From an uncultured bacterium (GTDB taxonomy: Bacteria > Abyssobacteria > SURF-5), in NCBI GenBank assembly GCA_964510165.1, contig CAZEBC010000033.1, forward strand, positions 1 to 26,890: a stretch of DNA of 26,890 bases, given 5' to 3'. The notes under the pieces were generated by a model. It ran no database searches. It worked only from the letters and a program-made list of their open reading frames with translations, and was not told where the DNA came from. A program made the position numbers and the translations under genes. This document shows, piece after piece, positions 1 to 9,825 of this stretch (its first letter is position 1; each line of letters opens with the position of its first letter).

Positions 1-1
1 G

Positions 2-82
2 TATGCCACGAAGCAAGTCGAAGCCTATGCGGTCGAAGAGGACGGATGGCTCATAATTACGGTAATCGTGAAGTATTTCTGA
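2..82 (+). CDS. 3' end (partial) of a DUF4258-like protein, putative toxin partner of DUF2283
   Basis: Frame from position 2 reads YATKQVEAYAVEEDGWLIITVIVKYF-TGA (stop 80-82), resembling DUF4258 C-termini; ends 19 bp before a DUF2283 gene. Confidence 0.6.
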   Translation, partial: YATKQVEAYAVEEDGWLIITVIVKYF

Positions 83-101
83 GAAAGGGAGGACGCGCAG
101 G

Positions 102-338
102 ATGAGGTTGACATATGATCCTAGACATAATATCGCGTACCTTCGGCTTCACGGAAAGACGACCGAGGTGGAGACGATCCGCGTCAGCGAGGAACTCAAC
201 ATTGACATCGCACCCGACGGGACCATCTACGGCATCGAACTGCTCAACGCGAACGATCAGTTGCGGGGCGAGGACGAGGGCAAAATGGTTATCATCAATG
301 AGGCCCTCGGCGACCGCCGCGAGATCGCCCTTCCGTAA
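102..338 (+). CDS. DUF2283 domain protein (putative antitoxin-like)
   Basis: MRLTYDPRHNIAYLRL...NIDIAPDGTIYGIELLNA matches the YD..aYi.l...D.d.dG.i.GIEil pattern; GGGAGG RBS upstream. Confidence 0.85.
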   Translation: MRLTYDPRHNIAYLRLHGKTTEVETIRVSEELNIDIAPDGTIYGIELLNANDQLRGEDEGKMVIINEALGDRREIALP

Positions 339-1117
339 GGACTGTCACCTCGTTTCCCCCAGAATACCTGGAATGACGACACCCTCCGCATGACAGTTGG
401 AACCACTTTTCGCGGATTGCGGTGAGTCGACCCGGACTTTGTATCCGCAGATTTCGCTGATTTCAATTGGGGACCGTGAGCCGCAAACCGTAAACCGACT
501 GTGGAACCGCGAATGAACGCGAATGCGGCGGGTCGAGGCGGACATTTGGCGGGTCGCCGCGCCGGAGCATGTGCGACCAAGAGACCAGAGGCCGCGCGGG
601 GCGGGAAGAACCCTGTGGCGATAATAATTAAGGCTGTCAAATGTGTAGATCTCACCCCTCATTTTCTTATATTCGCGGGCGCTCGCTTCGCTCGGGTTCA
701 CGGTTTACGGTTGGAAAGCCACCGCTGAGGCGCAGGGGATGAGGAGAATAACAACGCGGACGGATCGGACCATTCGGACGGGTTGGACGGGTCATAGGCT
801 GTGGACGATGTGGACATGATGGACAATGTGGACGGACACGGACAAGGCGCGGACAGGACGCGGACCGGTGGGACGGTGGGTCCGATTGCGGAGTGTGGAG
901 TGCTCGCAGTGCGAGCGGTTAAAAGTTCAAGGCTCAAAGTCGGGTGGTCGCTCTGCTGTGGGAGAAGGGGAAAAGGAGGCTTTCCAATGATGAGTGCGGA
1001 ATGATGAATGATGAATGAAAGGCGAGACGGGCAGGGATTGCGGCGAGTCGCCGCGGACGGGGATTGGGCGGCCACGCAGGGCCGTCCCTACGTGGGGGCT
1101 GATCGCCTGATAAAGCC
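339..1117. repeat. Non-coding region of stacked short tandem-repeat and palindromic motifs
   Basis: CGCAGATTT/CGCTGATTT (446-463); ACCGTGA/GCCGCAA/ACCGTAA (473-497); CGCGAATG x2 (508-525); CGGAC/TGGAC 9-mers (757-836); ATGATGA-type 7-mers (~1001-1018); 12-bp inverted pair 486-497 / 701-712. Confidence 0.75.
1066..1091 (-). repeat. GTAG-type REP-like palindrome
   Basis: Minus strand GTAGGGACGGCCCTGCGTGGCCGCCC; near-identical copies at 15845-15869 and 15977-16006. Confidence 0.75.
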
Positions 1118-1738
1118 TCAGTGCTTGCGCACGATGTCCTTGACCTTCATGAGGCGGGTGAGGTTGCCGCGTTCGAGTTCGCTGAGCTTGTCGCCGATGT
1201 GCTTGATGGTCTCCTGCAGGCTGGGGATCAGGATGTGTTCGAGCGCGTTGACGCGGCGGCGGGTGCGTTCGAGTTCGGCGGCGAGCATCTGCACACGCTT
1301 CTCAAGCTGTGCCATCCGGACCATGCGCGGCAGCATGACCGAGAGGATTTTGAGCGAGTGGTCTAGGTCGCCGGTCGAGGAGAGAAACCCGTATCCGAAC
1401 TCGCCCGTGAGCTCGCATTCGAAGCTGGGGACGCGCAGGTTCATGATCGGCTCGATGCGAGTCTTGAACTCGATATGTTTCTGGGAGAATGAGAGCGCCT
1501 CTTCGATTTCGGGCTGGAACGCTTCGAGCCGGGCGGCGAAGAACGAGCGGTAGGCCTTCTCAAGTTCTTCCTCCACCTGCTGGCGGTATCTCTTGGCCTC
1601 GCCCACCAGCGCCATGAACTGCCGCATCAGTTCTTCCTGCTTGTCCTTGAGCAGCTTGTGCCCGCGGCGCGCAAGCTGAAGCCTGCGCCTCAGCCTGAGC
1701 AGTTCCATGCGGTTGGGATTTACGCGAAGAATGGCCAT
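1118..1738 (-). CDS. atpD: V/A-type ATP synthase subunit D
   Basis: PNRMELLRLRRRL..ARRGHKLLKDK and TRRRVNALE motifs; last gene of the operon. Confidence 0.97.
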   Translation of the reverse strand: MAILRVNPNRMELLRLRRRLQLARRGHKLLKDKQEELMRQFMALVGEAKRYRQQVEEELEKAYRSFFAARLEAFQPEIEEALSFSQKHIEFKTRIEPIMNLRVPSFECELTGEFGYGFLSSTGDLDHSLKILSVMLPRMVRMAQLEKRVQMLAAELERTRRRVNALEHILIPSLQETIKHIGDKLSELERGNLTRLMKVKDIVRKH

Positions 1739-3154
1739 TTACGCCGCCTGATCCGCTTCCTCGGTTTTTTCTCTGATCTTCGATTCCTTCGGGTAGTACT
1801 TGTCTATGTATTCCTGCCGGATGCGTTTGAGTTCGCCCTTCGGCAGGAGCGTCAGAAGTTGCCAGCCGAGCTCGATCGTTTGCTCGATGGTCCGGTTCTC
1901 GTCGGAACCCTGTCTGACGAACTTGTCCTCGAACACGTCGGCGAACTTGAAGAACGCCTTGTCCTCCGGGCTGAGCGCGGCCTCGCCGAGGATGACCGCG
2001 AGTTCCTGCACTTCCTTGCCGCGGGCGTACGCGGCGAAGAGCTGGTTCGAGACGTCGGCGTGGTCCTCGCGCGTCTTGCCGCGGCCGATGCCTTTGTCGC
2101 GCAGGCGCGAGAGCGACGGCAGCACGTTGATGGGAGGATAGATGCCCTTGCGGTGGAGCGGGCGGTCGAGGATGATCTGGCCCTCGGTGATGTATCCGGT
2201 CAGGTCGGGGATGGGGTGCGTTTTGTCGTCTTCCGGCATCGAAATGACCGGTATCTGCGTGATGGAGCCGGTGCTCGTCTTGAGCCGGCCCGCTCGCTCA
2301 TATACTGTGGAAAGGTCGGTGTACAGATAGCCCGGATAGCCGCGCCGGCCCGGAACCTCCTTGCGTGCGGCGGAAATCTCGCGGAGCGCCTCGCAGTAAT
2401 TTGTCATGTCGGTGAGTATCACGAGCACGTGCATGTTCAGGTCGAACGCAAGGTATTCGGCCGCGGTGAGCGCCATTCGCGGAGTGGCGATGCGCTCGAT
2501 GGCCGGGTCGTCGGCAAGGTTTACGAACATCACCGCCCGGTCTATCGCGCCGGTACGCTTGAAGTCGGAGATGAAGTAATCGGCCTCCTCGAACGTGATG
2601 CCCATCGCTCCGAAGACGACCGCGAACTGCTCGCTCGTGCCGCGCACCGTGGCTTGGCGCGCGATCTGCGCGGCGAGCGCCGGATGCGGCAGGCCGAACC
2701 CGGAGAAGATCGGCAGCTTCTGTCCGCGCACAAGCGTGTTGAGGCCGTCGATCGCCGAGATGCCGGTCTGGATGAACTCGGACGGATACGCCCGCGCGTA
2801 TGGATTTATCGGGTTGCCATTGATGTTGAGTCGCTTCTCGGGGATAATGGATGGGCCGTCATCAATCGGCCTTCCCATGCCGTCGAACACGCGGCCAAGC
2901 AGGTCGCGCGAAACGCCCAGCTCGAGGCCGCGTCCGAGGAAGCGCACCTTGCAATCCACCACGTTGACTCCGGTCGCTCCTTCAAAGAGCTGAACGAGGG
3001 CCGTGTCGCCCGACACCTCCAGCGTCTTGCCTCGGCGAATCTCGCCGGTCGGCAATTCGAGCTCCACCAGTTCATCGTATTTGACGCCGGAGGTCTCGCC
3101 CACCAGAACCAGCGGCCCCACTATTTCGCGGATCGTTCGATATTCTTTGACCAT
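1739..3154 (-). CDS. atpB: V/A-type ATP synthase subunit B
   Basis: [55 protein letters not shown]. Confidence 0.98.
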   Translation of the reverse strand: MVKEYRTIREIVGPLVLVGETSGVKYDELVELELPTGEIRRGKTLEVSGDTALVQLFEGATGVNVVDCKVRFLGRGLELGVSRDLLGRVFDGMGRPIDDGPSIIPEKRLNINGNPINPYARAYPSEFIQTGISAIDGLNTLVRGQKLPIFSGFGLPHPALAAQIARQATVRGTSEQFAVVFGAMGITFEEADYFISDFKRTGAIDRAVMFVNLADDPAIERIATPRMALTAAEYLAFDLNMHVLVILTDMTNYCEALREISAARKEVPGRRGYPGYLYTDLSTVYERAGRLKTSTGSITQIPVISMPEDDKTHPIPDLTGYITEGQIILDRPLHRKGIYPPINVLPSLSRLRDKGIGRGKTREDHADVSNQLFAAYARGKEVQELAVILGEAALSPEDKAFFKFADVFEDKFVRQGSDENRTIEQTIELGWQLLTLLPKGELKRIRQEYIDKYYPKESKIREKTEEADQAA

Positions 3155-3156
3155 GC

Positions 3157-4935
3157 TCAGCCCTCTTCCTGGGATTTGACTTTCAGGGACTTGATTGCGT
3201 CAACGGCGCGAGTCCGCAGAGCATCCAGTTTGTCGAGTTCCTGCTCGGTCGTGTAACGCATGCGCGCGATCTCTTCGCGCACCGGCAGCCTGGAGATTTC
3301 CTCTATCGGGGTCGCCAGTTGCAGCGCGTCCATCGCCGCATGATGGAACTGGAGAATGATCTTGAGCATCTTGTATTGTTTCGAGAACGAGGCGTAACTG
3401 TCGATCTCGTGAAATGCGTTCTGATGCAGAAAATCCTCGCGTATCGAGCGCGCCGTCTCCAGGATGAGCCGGTCGCTCGGGGAAAGCGCGTCGAGCCCGA
3501 CCAGTCTCGCGATCTCCTTCAGTTCGGACTCTTTCTGCAATATCTCCATCGTCTCGCGCCTGAGGTTGGTCCAATCGGCGGCGATCTCTTTCTCGAAGAA
3601 CTCGCGCAGGTGCTCGTGGTAAAGCGAGTAGCTCGTGAGCCAGTTGATGGCGGGGAAATGGCGTTCGTAGGCCAGCTTGTCCTCCAGGCTCCAGAACACC
3701 TTCACCACCTTGAGCGTAGCCTGCACGACGGGGTCGGAGAGGTCGCCTCCGGGCGGAGAGACGGCTCCGATGGCGCTGATGGCCCCCAGCCTGTCGTCCG
3801 ACCCCAGGCAGATGACCCTGCCCGCCCGTTCGTAATACTCGGCGATGCGCGTGGGCAGATACGCCGGATAGCCCTCCTCGCCGGGCATTTCCTCCAGGCG
3901 GCCCGACATCTCGCGAAGGGCCTCGGCCCATCTGGAGGTGGAATCGGCCATGATGGCGACGCTGTAACCCATGTCGCGGAAGTACTCAGCCATCGTGATG
4001 CCGGTGTAAATGGAGGCCTCGCGCGCGGCCACCGGCATGTTCGAGGTGTTCGCGACGAGCACCGTCCGTTTCATGAGCGGCTCGCCCGAGCGCGGGTCTT
4101 TCAATTCGGGGAATTCAAGCAGCACGTCGGTCATCTCATTCCCGCGCTCGCCGCATCCGACAAAGATAATGATCTCCGCGTCGGCCCATTTGGCGAGCTG
4201 GTGCTGGACGACCGTCTTGCCCGCACCGAACGGCCCCGGGACGCATGCGGTGCCGCCCTTGCCGATCGGAAACAGTGCGTCTATGACTCGTTGGCCGGTT
4301 ATGAGCGGCGTGATGGGCATGACCTTTTCCTTGTAAGGCCTCGCCCGGCGCACCGGCCATTCCTGCATCATCGTGAGCTTGTGTGTTTGGCCGTCGTGGC
4401 GCAGTTCCGCCACCACATCAGTAACGGTGAACTCTCCGGCTTCGATTCGCGCGACCTCTCCTCTCACTCCGAGCGGAACCAGGATGCGGTGCTCGACGAG
4501 CGTAGTCTCCTGAACGGTCCCGATGATGTCGCCCGCGACGACGGTGTCGCCCACCTTGACGCTCGGCCGGAAGCTCCATTTCTTCTGGCGATTGAGCCCG
4601 GGAGCGTATAGTCCGCGCGTGATCTGATTGCCCGACATCTCCATTATCTGGTCGAGCGGACGCTGGACGCCGTCGTAAATGGACTCGATCATGCCGGGGC
4701 CGAGTTCGACGCTGAGAGGGCGGCCCGTGCTGACGACCGGCTCGCCTGGCCCGAGGCCCTGCGTATCCTCGTACACCTGAATCGAGGCGCGGTCTCCGCG
4801 CAGCTCGATGATCTCGCCGACCAGGTTCTTCTCGCTGACGCGGACCACATCAAACATCTTCGCGGTCTGCATGCCTTCAGCGACCACGAGCGGCCCCGAG
4901 ACCTTTATTATCCTTCCCTTGGCTTGCTGGTTCAT
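3157..4935 (-). CDS. atpA: V/A-type ATP synthase catalytic subunit A
   Basis: Walker [44 protein letters not shown]. Confidence 0.98.
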   Translation of the reverse strand: MNQQAKGRIIKVSGPLVVAEGMQTAKMFDVVRVSEKNLVGEIIELRGDRASIQVYEDTQGLGPGEPVVSTGRPLSVELGPGMIESIYDGVQRPLDQIMEMSGNQITRGLYAPGLNRQKKWSFRPSVKVGDTVVAGDIIGTVQETTLVEHRILVPLGVRGEVARIEAGEFTVTDVVAELRHDGQTHKLTMMQEWPVRRARPYKEKVMPITPLITGQRVIDALFPIGKGGTACVPGPFGAGKTVVQHQLAKWADAEIIIFVGCGERGNEMTDVLLEFPELKDPRSGEPLMKRTVLVANTSNMPVAAREASIYTGITMAEYFRDMGYSVAIMADSTSRWAEALREMSGRLEEMPGEEGYPAYLPTRIAEYYERAGRVICLGSDDRLGAISAIGAVSPPGGDLSDPVVQATLKVVKVFWSLEDKLAYERHFPAINWLTSYSLYHEHLREFFEKEIAADWTNLRRETMEILQKESELKEIARLVGLDALSPSDRLILETARSIREDFLHQNAFHEIDSYASFSKQYKMLKIILQFHHAAMDALQLATPIEEISRLPVREEIARMRYTTEQELDKLDALRTRAVDAIKSLKVKSQEEG

Positions 4936-4975
4936 TCGCCTGTCTCCGGTTACTGTCTTCGCATTCGCGCTCGCA

Positions 4976-5284
4976 TCATATGAACTCCGCGCCCATCGCC
5001 CTCCGGACGGAATTTCGGATGATCTGGGCGGCGACTCCTCTGCCGCCCTTGAGCGACGGGATGATCGCGAACGTCGGCCTGGGCGCCTCGAAGAACTTAT
5101 CGATCCTGTCCTTCGCCTCGTCGTAAACGTCCTCGGTCACAAAGATCACGGAGAAGTCTCCCTGCGAGACCTCCTGAACGAGCCTCGGAACGGACTCGTG
5201 CTCGTCCGAGAAGAAGACATCCGCCCCTAGCGACTTAAACGGCCAGACGGTGTCGCGGTCGCCTATGAATGCGATATCAGACAT
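4976..5284 (-). CDS. atpF: V/A-type ATP synthase subunit F
   Basis: [22 protein letters not shown] and VRRAMG motifs; 102 aa, between C and A. Confidence 0.93.
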   Translation of the reverse strand: MSDIAFIGDRDTVWPFKSLGADVFFSDEHESVPRLVQEVSQGDFSVIFVTEDVYDEAKDRIDKFFEAPRPTFAIIPSLKGGRGVAAQIIRNSVRRAMGAEFI

Positions 5285-6275
5285 ACAGGTACCTCAGACG
5301 CTCCTCGATCTGCGGTCGGGACCACCCGACAAGCTTGCCCTTGACGACGGTCCGGATCAGTTTCGCCTCTGCTTCCTTGCGAAAAAGGTAGTGGATGAGC
5401 GGGGCGATGCTGAACAGGTCCATTCTCATTTCCCGGAACTTGTGAAGCAACGCGTTGTCAAAGGCGAGTTCGAGTCGCCAAAACGATTTGTCTTCGGGCC
5501 AGGACCTGAACCCTTGCGAAGCGATGTGTCGCTCAACCTTTGTCCCATTCAACTGTTCGAGAAACAGGCCAAACTCTTCATCCATGTGACGCGCGAAGAA
5601 ATTGAACGGATACGTTCCGCCGGGGATGTAGCATTTCGGGAAATCTTCGGGCGTCCCGAACTCCCTGACCCTCACGAACGCCTTGATGTTCTCCATATTG
5701 ATTGATTCCCGGAACAATTCCGTGACGATGTTGTTCCGGCACTTGAGTGCGTTGCTCATGAGGAATTGCCACTTCAAGCGGTCGCACGTGTGGCTTATCG
5801 TGGAGAGCTCTCCTGTCTTCTCATATTCTTGCAGCGCCTCGAGCGCGGTTTCGCGAATATGTTCGGGCATCCAGCGATACTCGTTTTCGCGCACCGCGAC
5901 GCTCAGGTCGCCCACGCTGTAGCCGCCAAGGTCCACAAGGGAATCCGCATGGGGGACCCCGGTTATCCGCCACTTTAACATGGCCTTTAGGTTATGGAAA
6001 TCGTAGCGGACTCGGAACAGGCCGATCAATTCCTTATCCGGACATATTCTTTCAAGCAAGTCGTGGGTGTTGGCCAACTCCCTGAGCAGACCCTTGTCGA
6101 TCTGGGCGGGACCTTCCACACCCGCGAAACTCTCGGCATACGCGGTCTCGCCGAGGAGTCGCAGAATCTCCTGCGGGCTGACGGCGAGCATGCGCGAGGC
6201 GAACGCGCGGTCGAGCAGTTTGGTGCTGAGCGCGTTTATTCTGGCTACCGCATATGTATACCGATAGTCATTCAT
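5277..6275 (-). CDS. atpC: V/A-type ATP synthase subunit C (Vo d-like)
   Basis: Y.YAVARI.AL..KLL, YDFHNLK.MLK, IEERLR; 332 aa; operon position. Confidence 0.93.
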   Translation of the reverse strand: MNDYRYTYAVARINALSTKLLDRAFASRMLAVSPQEILRLLGETAYAESFAGVEGPAQIDKGLLRELANTHDLLERICPDKELIGLFRVRYDFHNLKAMLKWRITGVPHADSLVDLGGYSVGDLSVAVRENEYRWMPEHIRETALEALQEYEKTGELSTISHTCDRLKWQFLMSNALKCRNNIVTELFRESINMENIKAFVRVREFGTPEDFPKCYIPGGTYPFNFFARHMDEEFGLFLEQLNGTKVERHIASQGFRSWPEDKSFWRLELAFDNALLHKFREMRMDLFSIAPLIHYLFRKEAEAKLIRTVVKGKLVGWSRPQIEERLRYLYV

Positions 6276-6870
6276 GGGTCTTCTGACCGAACAGCATCCT
6301 GGCTATTTCGGGCTCGAGATGGTCGCGGCGCCAGGCGATGAGGCTCTTGAGCGTGAGGTTCGTTTCCTTGTTGCCCTCTCTCAGGATGACCCCCGCCGAG
6401 AAGTTGCCGGCCTCCCCGCTCAGACGAAGATGCCCCTTGGGGCCAAGCTGCTTGTTCAAATTCTCCAGAAATTCTTGCGAAAAGAAATCCTTGTGTCGGG
6501 CGGAAGGAATGATTTCTTCTCTGCCGGATTCGACGGCGCCAAGCATAAGCCGTGTCACGAACTCCAGATACTGCTCCTTAGGCAGGTTCACAATCTTTTC
6601 TTCCGCTCGCGCAAAGGCCTCATCTATGATTCTCTTTTTCTCGGCCAGGAGTTCCTTGCGCTGGTCGAGACCGGCGAGCGTTCTTATGCGGCTTGCGCGT
6701 TCGAGCGCCCGCTCCTTCGCCTGCTGCATGAGGCGCTGGCGAAGGTCTTCGGCCTGTTTGCGGGCTTTGTCGCGAATGGCGTCGGCCTCAGCCTTGGCCA
6801 GGGAGAGGAGCGAATCTGCCTCGGCATGGGCGTCGTCATCGATCTTCTTGATAATGTCTTCGAGCGGCAT
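6268..6870 (-). CDS. atpE: V/A-type ATP synthase subunit E
   Basis: N-terminal coiled coil (LEDIIKKI..DA..EA), C-terminal GVIL..G..E.N.T...EIARMLF. Confidence 0.92.
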   Translation of the reverse strand: MPLEDIIKKIDDDAHAEADSLLSLAKAEADAIRDKARKQAEDLRQRLMQQAKERALERASRIRTLAGLDQRKELLAEKKRIIDEAFARAEEKIVNLPKEQYLEFVTRLMLGAVESGREEIIPSARHKDFFSQEFLENLNKQLGPKGHLRLSGEAGNFSAGVILREGNKETNLTLKSLIAWRRDHLEPEIARMLFGQKTHE

Positions 6871-6920
6871 TTCTACCGAGCTTTCTTCTTAGCCATATCC
6901 GGCCTATGGTTGCTGCCCCT

Positions 6921-7391
6921 TCAGCCCTGCATGCCCGCTTGAACCCTGGTGAGCAGGATCAGGGTCGAAACCAGGGACAGGATGGCGTAGGTCTCAACGA
7001 CGGCGGCGAACACGAGCGCCGAGGCCAAGGTCTCAGGCTGCTTCGCAAGCTGGCTCGTTCCCGCCACACAGACTCTGCCCTGATAGATCGCCGAGAGGAA
7101 CCCCACGATCCCTATCGGAGCGCACGAGAACACTATCTGCCAACCTTGTTCGACCGTCGGCTGCCTGTCGCCCAGCACGACGGTGAGCACAAACATCAGC
7201 GCCACAAACCCGTAGAATCCCTGCGTCCCGGGGAGCGCCTGCAGTATGAGCATGCTGACGAACCTCTGAGGCTCCTCGCTTACCACGCCGGAGGCCGCCT
7301 GCCCGGTTATGCCCGTCCCGATTGCCGAGCCGATCGCGGCCAAAAGGAACGCGAAGCCCCCGCCCAGTATCGCGATAGTTAATCCTTCCAT
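6921..7391 (-). CDS. atpK: V/A-type ATP synthase rotor subunit K (four-helix c subunit, NtpK-like, Na+ motif)
   Basis: GSAIG, LQALPGTQGFYG, SAIYQG and VETYA, as in E. hirae NtpK. Confidence 0.96.
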   Translation of the reverse strand: MEGLTIAILGGGFAFLLAAIGSAIGTGITGQAASGVVSEEPQRFVSMLILQALPGTQGFYGFVALMFVLTVVLGDRQPTVEQGWQIVFSCAPIGIVGFLSAIYQGRVCVAGTSQLAKQPETLASALVFAAVVETYAILSLVSTLILLTRVQAGMQG

Positions 7392-7406
7392 CCCTTGCGC
7401 CTCCTT

Positions 7407-9422
7407 CTAAAGGTTGGATTCCGACATTGCCTGATCCACATCCGACCGAATTATGGTGTACTGTCTCTCCTCCGTGAACGGTCTGAACGGCTCGCCTCCG
7501 CCAATGAAGAATTTGCGGAAAAACTCCAGGTATTGAAGCCTGAGGGTATGGACAAAAGCGCCAAGACAGCTAATGGCCAGATTGAACCCGTGACCGAACA
7601 CAAGCACGGGTATCGCGAGCACATAGCCTATTCCATACGGCACACTTGTCAGCAGCCCGGCCGTCACGTTCACCATCATCCCCAGAAACGCGGTCGTCAA
7701 CCCGAGCGCCATGAGGCGCGAGTACGAGAGCACGTCACCGAAGAACCCCAGTCCGTCATAGAACGCGAGAAACGAACCCCGCAGCGGCCAAAGAAACACC
7801 TTTCGCGCTCCGCGGCCGCGACCTATCGCGAGCGGAACGGCTATTGCCAAGGCGGCATACCCCGCCGCTTTTCCAACGGGTTCGGGCACTTGGCCGCCGA
7901 AGAGATTCTTGTAGAAGAGCGGAGCAATCAGAATGAGCAGGATCATCCACAGTCCCTGGTCAACGACCGCAGCCGCGATGTCGCCGTCGCGCAAGTCACG
8001 CGCCATCTTCACGCCAAGACCAAACAAGACCTGCATCAATCCAAGGATGAATGCGACGTACAGGAACAACACCACGTCCGCGGTCGGATTGAACAGCATG
8101 ATTTTCTGAAGAGGCTCGGGGAGCTTTCCGACATCAATCCCAAATATGCCGCCTGTCAGCAGCCCCACAACCGCGCTCGACGCGCCGCCCCATGCCAATA
8201 TCTGCACTATCTTGCGCACTCCTCCGCGGAGTTTCAGTTTCCTCAGAGCCGCCAGGCAGGCCAGCGAGAGCACCATGCCATAGCCGGCATCGCCCAGACA
8301 TACCCCGAAGAAAAGCACAAAGAAGGGAAACAGGAGCGGTGTCGGATCAAACTCGGTGTACTGTGGCTGCCCGTAAAGCTCGGTGATGAGCGAAAAGGGC
8401 CTGACGGGAGCGGCATTCTCGATGAATATGGGAACCTTGTCCCCAGGTGCCGGGTCAGAGCACCGGATTTCGGCCACATGGGTCACTTGCCGGACCCGGA
8501 GCTTCATCCGCTCTTCTTGCTTTGCGAGAACCCAGCCCGTCACCAGAAAGGCGCGGGATGTGAACAGGAAGTTGCTCTGTGCCTGCAGTGACTTCAGTTC
8601 CTCGCTGCATTCATCGTGCAGGAGAAGCAGTTTCTCGCGCGCGGGCACAAGCTCGTGTGCGACGCGGCGTCGAAGCTCCTCATTGCGCTGCCGCAGCTCG
8701 CGTATCTGTTCTCGCAGCCGGTCAAGCGCTTCCGACGGCGTGCCCGTCAGCCCGATAAATCTGACGGGGCGCCAGCCGTATTTTCTTAATATCGGACTTA
8801 CAGTATCTTCCACCGATCTCGAGTAGATGAGCACCATCGAGACCGCATTCTGCGAATGCCCGACGGTCTCGAAGTGATGGAGCGGCGTCGCCTCGGCAAT
8901 CTCGCTGAATATCGGGTCGCAGGCGCGCGCATCGCAAATCCCCATTGAGACAATCGTTGTCTTGGTGTCCCGGATATTTTCGAGCGGAAGCCTCAGCCTG
9001 AGCCAAAGAGCGACATCCTCGGCCAAGGCCTCCTTCTTCTCAATCTGGCTCTCGTTTTCCGCGAGTTCCTTCTCGATGGAATTACATTCCTCATAAAGCC
9101 TGTCGGAGTCAAAACCTGCAAGACATTGCCGGAGTTCCTGCATGGTGAACACGGGCTTGGTCTTCAGCAGACTTTCGACAAAAGAGGCTTTTTGGATGAA
9201 CCGCTCGATGAACAGCAGGGAATATACCACACGCGCAAGCTTGTCCTTCACCTGGAGAAGAGAGCTTTCGAGAAAGGCGGGATATTCCCCTTCGGTGTCG
9301 GGCAGGAATTCCCTGACATCGGATATGTGGACAGCGCCGAGCGAGCGGAGCGTCGCCAGAATCTCCTCCCGACACTCGGCATGAGCGATGAGCTCGAGTT
9401 TTCTTACCTTGCTTACGGCCAT
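7407..9422 (-). CDS. atpI: V/A-type ATP synthase subunit I (a)
   Basis: P.Y.EFDPT, GDAGYG, SYSRLMALGL (essential Arg), LRLQYLEFF.KF. Confidence 0.96.
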   Translation of the reverse strand: MAVSKVRKLELIAHAECREEILATLRSLGAVHISDVREFLPDTEGEYPAFLESSLLQVKDKLARVVYSLLFIERFIQKASFVESLLKTKPVFTMQELRQCLAGFDSDRLYEECNSIEKELAENESQIEKKEALAEDVALWLRLRLPLENIRDTKTTIVSMGICDARACDPIFSEIAEATPLHHFETVGHSQNAVSMVLIYSRSVEDTVSPILRKYGWRPVRFIGLTGTPSEALDRLREQIRELRQRNEELRRRVAHELVPAREKLLLLHDECSEELKSLQAQSNFLFTSRAFLVTGWVLAKQEERMKLRVRQVTHVAEIRCSDPAPGDKVPIFIENAAPVRPFSLITELYGQPQYTEFDPTPLLFPFFVLFFGVCLGDAGYGMVLSLACLAALRKLKLRGGVRKIVQILAWGGASSAVVGLLTGGIFGIDVGKLPEPLQKIMLFNPTADVVLFLYVAFILGLMQVLFGLGVKMARDLRDGDIAAAVVDQGLWMILLILIAPLFYKNLFGGQVPEPVGKAAGYAALAIAVPLAIGRGRGARKVFLWPLRGSFLAFYDGLGFFGDVLSYSRLMALGLTTAFLGMMVNVTAGLLTSVPYGIGYVLAIPVLVFGHGFNLAISCLGAFVHTLRLQYLEFFRKFFIGGGEPFRPFTEERQYTIIRSDVDQAMSESNL

Positions 9423-9733
9423 CAGGAATTGCCGGCTATTGTACTGATAATCCGATCGACCGCACTCTGCATGGTCATTCGACCCGATTCCCGGAGGGCC
9501 TCAAGCGCCTTCTGGTTTTCTCTTCTTGATTCCTCGGCGCTCCTTCGAGCATTTGATTCGGCTTCGGCGATAAGCTGCTGTTCGGCCCGCCGACACTCCT
9601 CCCTCACGCCGTCAACGAGCTTCCGCCCTTCCTCGCGCGCCAGCCGGATGATTTCCTCGGAGTCACGCTTGGCCTTGGCGATGAGCCGTTCGCCCTCGTC
9701 TTCCACACGTCTTATCTCGTTGAGAAGTTCCAT
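9422..9733 (-). CDS. V/A-type ATP synthase peripheral stalk subunit G/H
   Basis: 103-aa charged coiled coil (EIRRVE.E.E.LI..AK..SEEII..AREE); first gene of the operon, overlaps atpI start by 1 bp. Confidence 0.85.
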   Translation of the reverse strand: MELLNEIRRVEDEGERLIAKAKRDSEEIIRLAREEGRKLVDGVREECRRAEQQLIAEAESNARRSAEESRRENQKALEALRESGRMTMQSAVDRIISTIAGNS

Positions 9734-9788
9734 GGGTTCAGCAGGTGTACACTGGTTGCGGTCGAAAATAAGGCCATTATTTGGCAGA

Positions 9789-9818
9789 ATACTAGCACAG
9801 ATTCGGAATGGATGTCAA
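9789..9818 (-). promoter_or_regulatory. Putative sigma70 promoter of the ATPase operon
   Basis: Minus strand TTGACA-N18-TAGTAT with TG extension, ~55 bp upstream of the first gene. Confidence 0.6.
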
Positions 9819-9825
9819 GGAGAAC

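Noticed and set aside
757-870. Possible CRISPR array
   Set aside because: Units are degenerate 9-mers without spacers, and there are no cas genes.
257-1075. Several 67-132 aa ORFs in the intergenic region
   Set aside because: Low-complexity translations of the short repeats (e.g. FIIHHSAL, SDPS); no coherent protein.
1658-4611. Long plus-strand ORFs (532 aa and 430 aa) opposite atpB and atpA
   Set aside because: Antisense shadows of highly conserved genes in GC-rich DNA; no recognisable motifs.
3157-4935. Intein in ATPase subunit A
   Set aside because: 592 aa is the normal length, and the Walker A region is uninterrupted.
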